A stretch of DNA of 64,000 nucleotides, taken from contig JAJTIE010000010.1 in the NCBI GenBank assembly GCA_021300195.1, positions 15,605 through 79,604 of the forward strand. Direction: 5' to 3'. Position 1 is the stretch's first letter, and each line of letters starts with the position of its first letter. This document shows, one piece after another, positions 9,684 through 20,000 of this stretch. Origin of the DNA: Bacteroidota bacterium. GTDB taxonomy: Bacteria > Bacteroidota > Bacteroidia > J057 > JAJTIE01. Below the pieces are notes generated by a model. That model was not told the origin of the DNA, did no database searches, and worked only from the letters and a program-made list of their open reading frames with translations. The translations under genes were made by a program, and so were the position numbers.

Positions 9684-11762
9684 CTACCAGGCCAACAGCT
9701 CGCCCAGCCGGGCCGCTACTTTTTCGGCACTGGGCAGATAGGCGGCTTCCAAGCCCGAGTTAAGCGGAATGGCGGGGGTATTCTCGCTACCTACCAGCTG
9801 CACAGGGGCATCCAGGCGGGTAAAGAACCGGGTAGCAATACGGCCCGTAAGGGCTTCGGCAAAGCTGTTGGGGGCTGGCTCTTCAGTTACCACCATCACC
9901 TTGCCATGCCGCAGCACCACCTCAGTTATCAGCGGCCAGTCTAGCGGTTCCAGCGAGCGTAGGTCTACGATCTCTACCTGGCCCGGGTACTGCAGGCTCG
10001 CATTCAGGGCCCAGTGCACACCCATTCCCCAGGTTACTACAGCACAGGTATCCCCCTCCGCCAGCTTTTGGGGGTCGGCAGCCTGGGCTACCCGCCCCTT
10101 GCCCAGCGGCACCACATAGTCTCGGTCTGGCTCGGGGGTCATGGCGGCCTTGGTGCCAGGCACCTTGCTCCAGTACAGGCCCTTGTGCTCTAGTAGCACC
10201 ACGGGATTGGGATCGTAAAATGCGGCCTTAAAGAGGCCCTTCATATCTGCCGCATTGCTGGGGTAGGCAATCTTCACCCCCCGGATGTTGGCAATCACGC
10301 TCTCTAGGCTGCTGCTGTGAAAGGGCCCGCCACTGCCATAGGCGCCCAGTGGCACGCGTATCAGGCTCTGGGCATTCCACTTTCCGTTGCTCAGGTAGTA
10401 GCTGCGGCTCAGCTCGGCAAACAGCTGGTTCAGCCCAGGCCATATATAGTCCATAAACTGAACCTCCACCACAGGCTTGGCACCCACAGCACTCATCCCC
10501 ACGGTGGAGCCTATGATGTAGGCCTCCTGAATGGGTGTGTTGAACACGCGGTCTCGCCCAAACTTCTGGGCTAGCGTGGCAGCCTCGCGAAAAACGCCAC
10601 CCAGCCGGTGGCCCACATCCTGGCCATATAGCAGGCTCTCGGGCACATCCTCCAGTATCTCCTGCATGGCGTGCAGCGCGGCATCCACCATCACCACCTT
10701 TTCGGCCCCGGCAGGCTCGCGTGTTCCCTTCTCCGTGTGGATGGGTGTGGGGGCGTAGATGTGTGTAAAAAGCTCTGTTGGCTCGGCAGCGGCCCGTGCT
10801 TTCTCAAAGGCGGCACGCACCTCGGCAAAGGCTTCTTCGGCCAGCTGGTCCAGCTCGGCCACAGGCACACCCGAGCCCAGTAGTGCCTGCCTAAACCGGG
10901 GATAGGGGTCTTGGCTCGCGGCCTCGCTCCACTCCTCCGCCTCGCGGTACCACTCACTGCGCACCCCGCTGGTGTGGTGGCCCAGCAGGGGCACATTGGC
11001 CTGTACCAAAAAGGGGCGCCGCTCTTTGCGGATCAGCCCAATCACCTCGGCCAGCAGCTGGTAGCTGGCCTCAAAGTCTGCCCCGTCTACACGGCGGGTC
11101 TCCAGCCCCGGGAAGCCCTGCGCAAAACGGACGGCATCCATAGCCCGCATCTCGTCGCCACTGGCACTTATGCCCCAGTTGTTGTCTTGCACCAGGTAGA
11201 GGATGGGCAGCTGGTGCAGGATGGCCATCTGCATGGCCTCACTTACCTCGCCCTCGGTCATGGCCCCGTCTCCTATGCTGCACACCACCACAGGGGGGGT
11301 ACTAGCATCCCAGCTGGCAGCGCCCTGCTGCTCCAGGTACTTGATGCCATGGGCGGCACCGGTGGCAGGGATGGCCTGCATGCCCGTAGCACTGCTCTGG
11401 TGGGGTATTTTGGGCCGATCCGCATCGCGCAGGCTGGGGTGCGCATAGTAGGTGCGCCCACCGCTAAAGGGGTCGTCGCGCTTGGCCAGCAGCTGTAGCA
11501 TCAGCTCGTAGGGGGTTTTGCCTATGCCCAGCAGGATGCTCTCATCCCGATAGTAGGGGTACACAAAGTCGTGGGCCGCTAGCAGATAGGCACAGGCTAG
11601 CTGGATGGCCTCGTGCCCGCGGCTGGTGCTGTGCACATAGTGGGCCACGGCCCGGTTTTGGTCATACACCCGCGCCATTTCCTGCACATAGCTCATATGC
11701 TTCCAGGCGCGGAGGAGGGTTTCGCGGGGGATAGACACGGCTTGGAGACTAGACTGTGGCAT
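9684..11762 (-). CDS. second TPP-dependent dehydrogenase E1 component, fused alpha+beta subunits (paralogue of 4497..6494)
   Basis: It has the TPP motif IGDGAMTEGEVSEAMQMAILHQLPILYLVQDNNWGIS and the beta-half sequence RVFNTPIQEAYIIGSTVGMSAVG. Confidence 0.85.
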   Translation of the reverse strand: MPQSSLQAVSIPRETLLRAWKHMSYVQEMARVYDQNRAVAHYVHSTSRGHEAIQLACAYLLAAHDFVYPYYRDESILLGIGKTPYELMLQLLAKRDDPFSGGRTYYAHPSLRDADRPKIPHQSSATGMQAIPATGAAHGIKYLEQQGAASWDASTPPVVVCSIGDGAMTEGEVSEAMQMAILHQLPILYLVQDNNWGISASGDEMRAMDAVRFAQGFPGLETRRVDGADFEASYQLLAEVIGLIRKERRPFLVQANVPLLGHHTSGVRSEWYREAEEWSEAASQDPYPRFRQALLGSGVPVAELDQLAEEAFAEVRAAFEKARAAAEPTELFTHIYAPTPIHTEKGTREPAGAEKVVMVDAALHAMQEILEDVPESLLYGQDVGHRLGGVFREAATLAQKFGRDRVFNTPIQEAYIIGSTVGMSAVGAKPVVEVQFMDYIWPGLNQLFAELSRSYYLSNGKWNAQSLIRVPLGAYGSGGPFHSSSLESVIANIRGVKIAYPSNAADMKGLFKAAFYDPNPVVLLEHKGLYWSKVPGTKAAMTPEPDRDYVVPLGKGRVAQAADPQKLAEGDTCAVVTWGMGVHWALNASLQYPGQVEIVDLRSLEPLDWPLITEVVLRHGKVMVVTEEPAPNSFAEALTGRIATRFFTRLDAPVQLVGSENTPAIPLNSGLEAAYLPSAEKVAARLGELLAW

Positions 11763-11947
11763 GGGCTGGATAGGTTATCAGCTACGAAACTAACGATTGT
11801 TAGGTTTCGGGGCAAGCCGATGCGTAACGATCACCTTGACCAGGTGTAGCAGCGTGCACCGAAGAAAAAGCAAAAAACATCCGCCCAAAATTCACGATCC
11901 CCCTGGCGCGACTGTCTAAGCAGGATAATAACCCTAAAAAAATATCC

Positions 11948-12787
11948 ATGAAAAAAATGATTCTCACCACCACACTCATTGCTGGCGGCCTGGGTGCTGC
12001 CTGGGCACAGCCACACCCGCAGGGCCAGGCACAGGCAAACAAGCCGGTTATCCTGATCATCCATGGCTTTCCGGGCAATGCCAGCGACTGGGAAGAAACA
12101 GCAGCGGCCCTATCCACACACTACCGCGTCCTTCTGCCCGACTTAGCCGGATTTGGTAAGCAGGAAGCCAGGGGGCTTAGCTTCGAACAGCTGTGGGTGG
12201 ATAGCCAAGCCCAGAAACTGAAAAACCTGCTCGAGCAAGAGCAAGTAGAAAACCTGTACGTGCTGGCCCATGACTATGGCGTGCCGGTGGCTATCTCGCT
12301 TAGAGCCCTTATACCCAACCGGATACAGAAAATGGTGCTAACCGCAGGCAACCTCCTGAGCGCCCCCCCGCTGAACCTGATGATGAAAGCAACCAGCAAG
12401 CCCCTGGTGGGTGGGCCAGCCAGGGCACTCTTGTTTTCCGCCTTTTCAAACAACGCCATGCGCAAAATGGGCACCCGAAAGGGCAAACACTATCCCGTGA
12501 AGAACACTGCCCTGGAGCGCCAGGCCATCAAAACCATTTTTGGTACTGCCCTGGGAGACATGAAAGGCTATTTTATGCCCATAGAGCAGCAGGCCAGAAA
12601 GACAGACATTCCGGTACTGCTAATCTGGGGAGAAAAAGACCCCTTTTTCCCGATTGAGCACACACAGCGGATGCAGGCAGCACTACCCCAGGCGGACCTT
12701 ACCACCTATGCCGGCGTGGGCCACTACTGCTACCTGGAAGAAAAAACTAAATTTACCGAGGATGTGCTAAATTTCTTTTCGAAATGA
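11948..12787 (+). CDS. secreted alpha/beta-hydrolase of the epoxide-hydrolase/haloalkane-dehalogenase type (Asp nucleophile)
   Basis: It has a signal peptide (MKKMILTTTLIAGGLGAAWAQ), the HGFPG oxyanion motif, the nucleophile elbow LAHDYGV and a C-terminal GVGHYCYLEE. Confidence 0.75.
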   Translation: MKKMILTTTLIAGGLGAAWAQPHPQGQAQANKPVILIIHGFPGNASDWEETAAALSTHYRVLLPDLAGFGKQEARGLSFEQLWVDSQAQKLKNLLEQEQVENLYVLAHDYGVPVAISLRALIPNRIQKMVLTAGNLLSAPPLNLMMKATSKPLVGGPARALLFSAFSNNAMRKMGTRKGKHYPVKNTALERQAIKTIFGTALGDMKGYFMPIEQQARKTDIPVLLIWGEKDPFFPIEHTQRMQAALPQADLTTYAGVGHYCYLEEKTKFTEDVLNFFSK

Positions 12788-13602
12788 CCGTACAAGAGGA
12801 ACAAACACTGGTTAGGCAGGCGGTGGCGGGAAGCAAAGAGGCGGTGGAAAAGGTGGTAGTCTACCTGCAGGCCGATCTGTACAATCTATCCATTCGTTTC
12901 CTATTCGACACCGAGGAGGGAAAAGATGCCACCCAGGAGATCCTTATCCGGCTGATAACACGGCTTAGCACGTTTGAGCACAAAAGCAGGCTCAAGACCT
13001 GGGCCTGGCGGATCGCGAAAAACTACCTGATCAACTACAAGGAAAGTCGAAAAACCGCACAAAACGGCTTCTCTTTCGAAGCCTTCTCGGCCTACCTGCA
13101 GCAAGACTCGGCCCAGGATGCGTACGCCGGGCCGGATGGGCCGCTGCTGGAGCTAGAGGTCAAGCTATCGTGCTCTACGGCCCTACTACAGTGCCTATCG
13201 CGCGAGCAGAGAATCGCCTATCTACTGGGCGAGCTGTTTGAACTGGGCAGCGAAGAGGGGGCCTATGTAACGGATACTCGTCCGGAAAACTTCAGGAAGC
13301 GACTGTCTGTAGCAAGAGAGCGGATCCGGGGATTTATGCAAGACAACTGCGGCATTGTAAATCCGGACAGGGCATGCCGCTGCCAAAAGCGCATCCAGGC
13401 CGGCCTGGATAGCCAAAGAATAAAGCCCGGAAAACTAAACTTTGTAGGTGCACTATCGCAGGAGGAAACCGTAAGGCAGGTAGAGGGCCTGGCCAGCCTG
13501 GCCGCGCTGTACCACACCCAGCCCAAATACCAGGTACCCGGCGCGCTGCAAGATGCTGTAAGGGCGCTGATAGCGAGCCGAAAGTTTGATGTACTATCCT
13601 GA
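12784..13602 (+). CDS. ECF-type sigma-70 family factor with a roughly 85-aa C-terminal extension
   Basis: It has region 2 (DATQEILIRL...LKTWAWRIAKNYLINY) and region 4 (LSREQRIAYLLGELFELGSEEGAYVTDTRPENFRKRLSVARERI). The extension carries C-x9-C-x-C (NCGIVNPDRACRCQKR). The start overlaps the upstream stop (ATGA). Confidence 0.75.
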   Translation: MTVQEEQTLVRQAVAGSKEAVEKVVVYLQADLYNLSIRFLFDTEEGKDATQEILIRLITRLSTFEHKSRLKTWAWRIAKNYLINYKESRKTAQNGFSFEAFSAYLQQDSAQDAYAGPDGPLLELEVKLSCSTALLQCLSREQRIAYLLGELFELGSEEGAYVTDTRPENFRKRLSVARERIRGFMQDNCGIVNPDRACRCQKRIQAGLDSQRIKPGKLNFVGALSQEETVRQVEGLASLAALYHTQPKYQVPGALQDAVRALIASRKFDVLS

Positions 13603-13637
13603 GGCCCCTGATCCAAAACCTGGGCATCCAATAAAGC

Positions 13638-13672
13638 AAAAGGCTATCCGTTTGGATAGCCTTTCTTTCTTT
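13638..13672. terminator. bidirectional intrinsic terminator between the ECF sigma gene and tRNA-Asp
   Basis: An 11-bp perfect stem pairs AAAGGCTATCC with GGATAGCCTTT around a GTTT loop. It is flanked by an A-run upstream and CTTTCTTTC downstream. Confidence 0.7.
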
Positions 13673-13678
13673 CAGTTG

Positions 13679-13752
13679 CGGTCCGGACGGGACTCGAACC
13701 CGCGACCCCATGCGTGACAGGCATGTATTCTAACCAACTGAACTACCGGACC
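13679..13752 (-). tRNA. tRNA-Asp (anticodon GTC)
   Basis: The reverse complement folds as a cloverleaf: GGTCCGG-TA-GTTC..GAAT-A-CATGC-CTGTCAC-GCATG-GGGTC-GCGGG-TTCGAGT-CCCGT-CCGGACC-G. It is 74 nt and CCA is not encoded. Confidence 0.9.
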
Positions 13753-13923
13753 GTCTTGGGAGGGACAAAGGTAGACAGGATTTTGTTTGAGGCAAATACC
13801 TGACTCCAAAAAAATGAAAAAAATTAGACTGTGGATGAAGTAAGCATCCGCCTGCCGCTGTGTTTATATCTGCCCGATAGGTACGGGCGCCCGCAAGAGA
13901 AAAAAAGGCGAACTTTGCGGGCT

Positions 13924-14769
13924 ATGAAACCGAATGCTACCCCGGTCATCTCCTCTACGGTGAATAACACCCTGATTCTGTTTTTTGTCGGGCTGTTCTT
14001 TTTCATTGCACTGGCAGCCAATGTACTGGTAGACTTTGCATCGAATAGCCTGGTGGTAAAGGTGGTGGTGAGCGATAATATGACAAAAGCCGAGGCAAAT
14101 GACTTCATCCAGCGGCTGATGAAAACCAGCTATGCAGAGCGGGCACAGTTTGTAAGCAAGGAGGAAGCCCTGCAGCGCTTCAAAGACAAGGCCGACCTGG
14201 CCGAGGTAATGGGCGAGAACAACCCACTGCCCGCCACCGTGGAGCTGTATGTAAAGAAGGAGTACCTGAATGAGGCCGACATGGAGGCCATCACCAAAAA
14301 ACTGGTGCAAACCCCCGAGGTGTACGACGTGTATTACCCCCGCACCATGATTAAAAACGTGGTGGAAAACCGGGCGCTCTTTCAGGTACTGGCGGGCACC
14401 GTAGGGCTGATCCTCATTGTGGTGGCGTTTTTCCTCATCATGAATACCGTTCAGCTCGGCATTTACAGCAAGCGCATGATGATACGCAGCATGCAGCTGA
14501 TAGGGGCCACTTCGCGCTATATCCGCGCGCCATTTTTGCGCTCGGGCATGCTGCAGGGGCTGGTGGCGGGCACCCTGGCCAGCGCACTCATTTTCGTGCT
14601 GCTGCAGGGGCTAGCCAGCTTTATGCCGGCTGCAGCCGTGCTTATTTACCGGCCCGAGGTATTCGCACTCTATTTTTGTCTTATTTTAGCGGGCGTGCTA
14701 CTTGGATGGTTTAGCAGCACGGTGGCCGTAAATCGCTTCTTAAACAAGAATCTGGACGAAATTGTATGA
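13924..14769 (+). CDS. ftsX: cell-division permease-like protein FtsX
   Basis: It shows four-TM FtsX topology with a periplasmic loop after TM1 and a C-terminal FtsX domain (MIRSMQLIGATSRYIRAPFL). I chose the start at the internal ATG (MKPNATP). Confidence 0.8.
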   Translation: MKPNATPVISSTVNNTLILFFVGLFFFIALAANVLVDFASNSLVVKVVVSDNMTKAEANDFIQRLMKTSYAERAQFVSKEEALQRFKDKADLAEVMGENNPLPATVELYVKKEYLNEADMEAITKKLVQTPEVYDVYYPRTMIKNVVENRALFQVLAGTVGLILIVVAFFLIMNTVQLGIYSKRMMIRSMQLIGATSRYIRAPFLRSGMLQGLVAGTLASALIFVLLQGLASFMPAAAVLIYRPEVFALYFCLILAGVLLGWFSSTVAVNRFLNKNLDEIV

Positions 14770-15113
14770 GTAAAAAGACGAATGGCAAAAAGCCCCAGGT
14801 GCTGAAAACCCCCATCGGACAAAAAGCCACCCCCGGCCACACAGAGAAACGCGGCCACCGGAGCCCCGCCATGCAGCACATGCCCTTTGTGCGCGAGAAC
14901 TTTGTGCACCTGGGCATTGGCATCGCCCTGCTCATCATTGGCTACCTGTTCATGAGCGACGACACCTTTACAGATGCGGCCGAATTCAGCACAGCCCTGT
15001 ACATAGCACCCTTCTTTACCATCGGGGGCTATGTATACATCCTCTTTGCCATCCTGCGCGGCCACCGGAAACGCATAGGAGGCAGGGGCCAGAACGAGCA
15101 GCAAGAAAACTAG
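14766..15113 (+). CDS. small two-TM membrane protein (DUF3098-like)
   Basis: The MPFVRENFVHLGIGIALLIIGYLFM pattern and the position between ftsX and uppP are typical of DUF3098. An ATGA overlap links it to ftsX. The true start may be a later Met. Confidence 0.65.
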   Translation: MSKKTNGKKPQVLKTPIGQKATPGHTEKRGHRSPAMQHMPFVRENFVHLGIGIALLIIGYLFMSDDTFTDAAEFSTALYIAPFFTIGGYVYILFAILRGHRKRIGGRGQNEQQEN

Positions 15114-15126
15114 ACCCAGGGTATTT

Positions 15127-15921
15127 ATGTCCGTACTTGAGGCATTCCTGCTCGGTATCCTGCAGGGACTAACCGAATTTCTGCCCGTCAGCAGCTCTGG
15201 CCACCTGGAGCTGGGCAAGGTGTGGCTGGATGTATCGAACGCCAACGACACCACCTTCACCGTAGTGGCACATGCCGGCACCGCCCTTAGCACAATCATC
15301 GTCTTCTGGGATAGGGTAAAGCAGTTGCTGCTGGCACCCTTCCACAGCCGAAAGAGCGAGAGTTTCCAGTACCTCCTGTTTGTGCTGATAGCGGCCGTAC
15401 CGGTGGTGGTGCTGGGCCTGCTGGCCCGGGATGCGGTGGATGCCCTATTTAATGGCAACCTGCTGCTGGTAGGCAGCTGCCTGCTGGTTACCTCCGGCCT
15501 GCTCTTCTTTGCCAGCCGGGCCCGCGACCGGGGTGGAGAGGTCACGGGCCGCAGCGCCTGGATTATCGGCCTGGCGCAGGCCGTAGCCGTACTGCCGGGC
15601 ATTAGCCGCAGCGGCGCTACCATCAGCACTGCACTCATGCTGGGCATACGGCGAGACCGAGCCGCACGCTTCAGCTTTCTCATCGTGCTCATCCCCATAT
15701 TCGGGGTAATGGGGCTGGATGGCCTAAAGCTAGCCACCGGGGCCGAAACGCTGAAACTAGGCTGGGCACCCCTGCTTACTGGCTTTATTACCAGTTTCTT
15801 CGTAGGCCTGCTAGCCTGCCGCTGGATGGTGAGGATTGTGCAGCGGGGGGGGCTAGTGCCTTTTTCGCTCTACTGCCTGCTGGTAGGGCTTGTCACGCTC
15901 TATTTCGGCTTCGCAGGCTAG
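15127..15921 (+). CDS. uppP: undecaprenyl-diphosphate phosphatase
   Basis: It has the BacA/UppP motifs GILQGLTEFLPVSSSGH and PGISRSGATI. Confidence 0.9.
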   Translation: MSVLEAFLLGILQGLTEFLPVSSSGHLELGKVWLDVSNANDTTFTVVAHAGTALSTIIVFWDRVKQLLLAPFHSRKSESFQYLLFVLIAAVPVVVLGLLARDAVDALFNGNLLLVGSCLLVTSGLLFFASRARDRGGEVTGRSAWIIGLAQAVAVLPGISRSGATISTALMLGIRRDRAARFSFLIVLIPIFGVMGLDGLKLATGAETLKLGWAPLLTGFITSFFVGLLACRWMVRIVQRGGLVPFSLYCLLVGLVTLYFGFAG

Positions 15922-15931
15922 GGGGGGGTAC

Positions 15932-16633
15932 ATGAGCAGGACAGCCGATAAACCCGACTACGCCGCCGGTGCAGTCATCCTGATAGACAAACCCACGGGC
16001 TGGACCAGTTTCGACGTAGTGGCCAAGCTGCGCAATGGACTGAAGGTAAAAAAGATTGGGCATGCAGGAACATTGGACCCACTAGCCACAGGCCTCCTCA
16101 TCCTGTGCACAGGGGCTTATACCAAGCGCATACAGGAAATACAGGACGCAGATAAAACCTACATCGCCGAAATCACCTTTGGCGCTACAACAGACACCTA
16201 CGATGCGGAGGGCAGCCTAACCCCCGGCCAAGACCCCGCCGGCCTGACTGAGGAAAAAGTAAAAGAGGCCCTACAAGCGTTTGTAGGACCGATCCTACAG
16301 ATGCCCCCTGCCTTCTCGGCCCTGAAGGTAAAGGGGAAACGAGCCTACGAGCTGGCCCGTGCGGGCCAAACACCCGAGCTGAAAGCCCGAGCCATACACA
16401 TACACAGCCTGGAGCTAAGCCACTGGGCGGGGCCGGTGGCAGTGGTGCAGGTGCAGTGTAGCAAGGGTACCTATATACGCAGCCTGGCGCACGACCTGGG
16501 GCAGGCCCTGGGCACCGGTGCCTACCTGAGCGGCCTACGGCGCACCGCCATAGGCACCTATAGCGTGGCGCAGGCCCTAAGCCCGGAGGCCTACCTGGCC
16601 CGGTTTGGGGCACAGGCCCGGACCGACCTGTAG
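15932..16633 (+). CDS. truB: tRNA pseudouridine(55) synthase
   Basis: It has the motifs [30 protein letters not shown] and [19 protein letters not shown]. Confidence 0.9.
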   Translation: MSRTADKPDYAAGAVILIDKPTGWTSFDVVAKLRNGLKVKKIGHAGTLDPLATGLLILCTGAYTKRIQEIQDADKTYIAEITFGATTDTYDAEGSLTPGQDPAGLTEEKVKEALQAFVGPILQMPPAFSALKVKGKRAYELARAGQTPELKARAIHIHSLELSHWAGPVAVVQVQCSKGTYIRSLAHDLGQALGTGAYLSGLRRTAIGTYSVAQALSPEAYLARFGAQARTDL

Positions 16634-16681
16634 TAGGCGGGGCTTTACCATCCCCCATCTTCCAGCAGCCCAGCCCGGGGC

Positions 16682-16713
16682 GAAAACAAAAAGGCCCGGC
16701 TATGCGCCAGGCC
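16682..16713 (-). terminator. intrinsic terminator downstream of trxA (may also serve truB)
   Basis: On the minus strand, an 8-bp stem (one G.U pair) pairs GGCCTGGC with GCCGGGCC around a GCATA loop, followed by TTTTTGTTTTC. Confidence 0.6.
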
Positions 16714-16742
16714 TCTCTATTGTTTCGCGGGGTGGAACCAGG

Positions 16743-17075
16743 CTAGGATACCAGTGCGCCCTCTATCTTCTTTTTCAGCACAGGCTTGGGCGCAGCGCCT
16801 ACCTGTTTGTCTATCATTTCGCCGCCCTTAAACAGCATCAAGGTCGGGATGGAAGTAATGCGGAAATGCTGGCTGATGGCGGGATTCGCATCCACGTCCA
16901 GCTTGCCAATTACCACGGTACCCTTGTACTCATCGGCCAACTCCTCCAGGGCGGGGGCTATTGCCAGGCAGGGGCCGCACCACTGTGCCCAGAAGTCTAC
17001 AAAAACGGGTTTTTCGCTCTTCAGTACAAGTTCCTCGAAGTTTGCGTCGGTCAATTCTACAGTGTGTTGTCCCAT
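16743..17075 (-). CDS. trxA: thioredoxin
   Basis: It has the WCGPC active site (FWAQWCGPC) and is 110 aa. It sits directly downstream of dnaE. Confidence 0.9.
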   Translation of the reverse strand: MGQHTVELTDANFEELVLKSEKPVFVDFWAQWCGPCLAIAPALEELADEYKGTVVIGKLDVDANPAISQHFRITSIPTLMLFKGGEMIDKQVGAAPKPVLKKKIEGALVS

Positions 17076-17076
17076 T

Positions 17077-20000
17077 TTACTTAAGATTATAACGAATATT
17101 GAGATGATCCAGAGAATTCAGCAGCTCGCTACTGGCCCGCACTTTTAGCTGGTGCGCGTGTAGCTGCAGGGGGCCTTTTATGTCGCTGTCAAATATAACG
17201 AACTCAACAGGCTTATCCCCCTTAAAGTTCTCAAAAAGTTGAATTAGTTGCATACTGAAACTGGTATTGATTTGCTCGAGCGACAGCTGTAGTTCCAGCA
17301 GCTTCACCTTTCGTTCCAGCAGGCCCTCCAGGCGGCTCACGTCTTTTACTTTCAGCTCATACTCTTCACTGTTGTAGTAGCGGCTTTCCCACAGGGCCTC
17401 CACCAGCACGCAGTTGTTTATGCTTAGGGCACCCTTTATCTTGTCGTAGGCATCGCCAAAGACGGTAAACTCCCTGCTACCGCTAAAGTCCTCGAGCACA
17501 AAGGAGCCGAAGGTATTGCCCTTTTTGCTGGTGCGCTCTCGTGCGGCGGTAATGATGCCCGCCAGTAGCACTTTTCCGCCATTGGCCTCCTCGGGCAGGG
17601 TGGCTATCTCGGTGGCCTTGGCTGCCAGGATCTCGGCGCGAAAGCTATCCAGCGGATGGCCGCTGAGGTAGAAGCCGATGACATCCTTTTCTCGGTTGAG
17701 CTGCTCCATGGTGCCCCAGGCCTCTCGCTGTGGCAGGATAGGCTCCATAGCCTCGGGGAGGCCAGTGCCAGTGGCATTACCACCACCAAAGAGGCTGGTC
17801 TGTGCACTACTCTTTTGTGCCTGCACGCGGTTGCCATAGGTGGCTACCAACTCGGCCCCGCTCATCTCGGCATCTTTCTCATTGGCCTTGAAAAACTGGG
17901 CCCGGTGCACGCCCGAAAAGCAGTCTAGCGCCCCGGCCATGGCCAGGGCCTCCAGCACGCGGCGTCCGCCCAGGCGCTTGGGGTCTACACGCGCGGCCAG
18001 GTCGAATACCGAGGCATAGGCACCGCCTTCCTTTCGGGCCTCTACAATGGCCTCGCAGGGCCCCTCGCCCACCCCCTTGATGGCACCCAGGCCGAAACGG
18101 ATGGTCTGATCATCCTGCACGCTGAAGCGAATAACGCTGTGGTTTACACTAGGGGGTAGCACCTGGATGCCCATCCGGCGGCACTCTTCCATAAAGAAGG
18201 TAATCTTGTCAGTATTATCCAGGTTATGGCTCAGGATGGCTGCCATATACTCAGCCGGATAATTGGCCTTCAGGTAGGCGGTACGAAAAGCCAGGATGGA
18301 GTAAGCCGCGGCGTGGCTTTTGTTGAAGCCATAGCCGGCAAACTTGGCCATGATGTCGAACACCTCTCCGGCTTTATCAGCATCGGCGGTGCCCTGCTGT
18401 GCACAGCCTGCTATGAAGCTGGTGCGCTCCTGGGCCATCACCTCCGCTTTTTTCTTGCCCATGGCCCGGCGCAGCAGGTCGGCCTGGCCCAGGCTATAGC
18501 CCGCCATGGCCTGGGCGCACTGCATTACCTGCTCCTGATACACCATAATGCCATAGGTCATATTCAGGATAGGCTCCAGGCGCGGGTGGGGATACTCCAC
18601 GGGGTCTATGCCATTTTTGCGATTTATGAAGAGAGGTATGTAGTCCATTGGCCCCGGTCGGTACAGGGCATTCATGGCTATCAGGTCTTCGATGTTGGTG
18701 GGCTTCAGCTGGCGCAGGTACTTGCGCATGCCGTCGCTCTCAAACTGGAAGGTGCCTACGGTGTCTCCCTGCTGGTACAGTTCGTAGGTTTTGGCATCAT
18801 CCAGGGGGATGTGGTCTGCATCTATGTCTTTTCCGTGCCGCTCCTTTATCAGCCTACAGGCTGTTTTGATGATCGAGAGCGTTTTCAGGCCCAGGAAGTC
18901 CATTTTCAGCAGTCCGGCGGCCTCGGCCATGGGGCCTTCGTACTGGGTGGTTACCACATTGTCTCGCGTGCTCATGGCCACGGGCGCATAGTCGCTGATG
19001 GTGCCTGGCGCTATAATGACCCCGGCAGCGTGTATGCCTGTCTGGCGTGTGGTTCCCTCCAGCGTCAGGGCATAGCGCATCATCTTTTGCACAGCGGGGT
19101 CGGGGCTTTCCAGGGCTTCTTTCAGGTGGCCATAGTGGTCGGGGTTGTCTTCGCGGGTTAGCGCTTTGGCAAAGGTGATGCCCGGGCGCTCGGGTATGTA
19201 CTTGGCTATCTTGTTCACCTCGGCCAGGGGCACACCCAGCACGCGGCCCACATCGCGCAGGGCGGTCTTGGCCCCCATGGTACCGTAGGTGATGATCTGG
19301 CTCACGCTCTGCTGGCCATACTTTTCTACCACAAAGTCGATAACCTGCTGGCGGCCCTCGTCGTCAAAGTCCATATCGATATCCGGCGGGCTTACCCGCT
19401 CGGGGTTCAGGAAGCGCTCGAATAGCAGCTGGTACTGCAGCGGGTCTACGTCTATTATGCCAGTGGCATAGGCCACCACACTGCCTGCGGCACTACCCCG
19501 CCCGGGGCCTACCATTACCCCCCGCCTGCGGGCTTCGTTGGTTATCTCCTGTACGATGAGGAAGTAGCCGGCAAAGCCCATCTTCTGGATGATGGCCAGC
19601 TCGGTGTCTATGCGGTCGGCAATGTCGGTACGTAGCTCGCCGTACTTTTTGCGGGCACCCAGCAGGCTTAGGTGCCGCAGGTAGGCATCCATATCGGCAT
19701 ACTCCGGGGGTATCTGGTACACCGGCATCAGCAGCTTTCCGCCCAGGTCCAGGTTCAGGCTGCAGCTGTCGCTCAGGCGCAGGGTGTTCTCCAGTGCCTC
19801 GGGCACATCGGGGAAGAGGGCGGCCATTTCTTCTGCCCCTTTCAGGTAGAAGTTGGGGTTCAGGCTGCGGTCGTCATCACTTACGGTAAAGCGGAATCGG
19901 TTTGGGTCGTTGTAGTCGCTACCGGTCTGCAGGGCCAGCAGCAGGTCGTGGGCCTCGGCGTCCTGCTTTTCCACATAGTGTACATCGTTGGTACACAGCA

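Noticed and set aside
13679-13752. tRNA-Asp, considered as a possible integration site for a genomic island.
   Set aside because: No integrase, no duplicated tRNA 3' end and no foreign-looking gene block lies on either side. The flanking genes are an ECF sigma gene and ftsX/uppP/truB housekeeping genes.
14670-15737. A 355-aa minus-strand ORF spanning the ftsX 3' end, the DUF3098-like gene and uppP.
   Set aside because: It is antisense to three well-supported genes with clear family motifs. Its sequence is Ser/Arg/Pro/Ala-rich low complexity with no motif.
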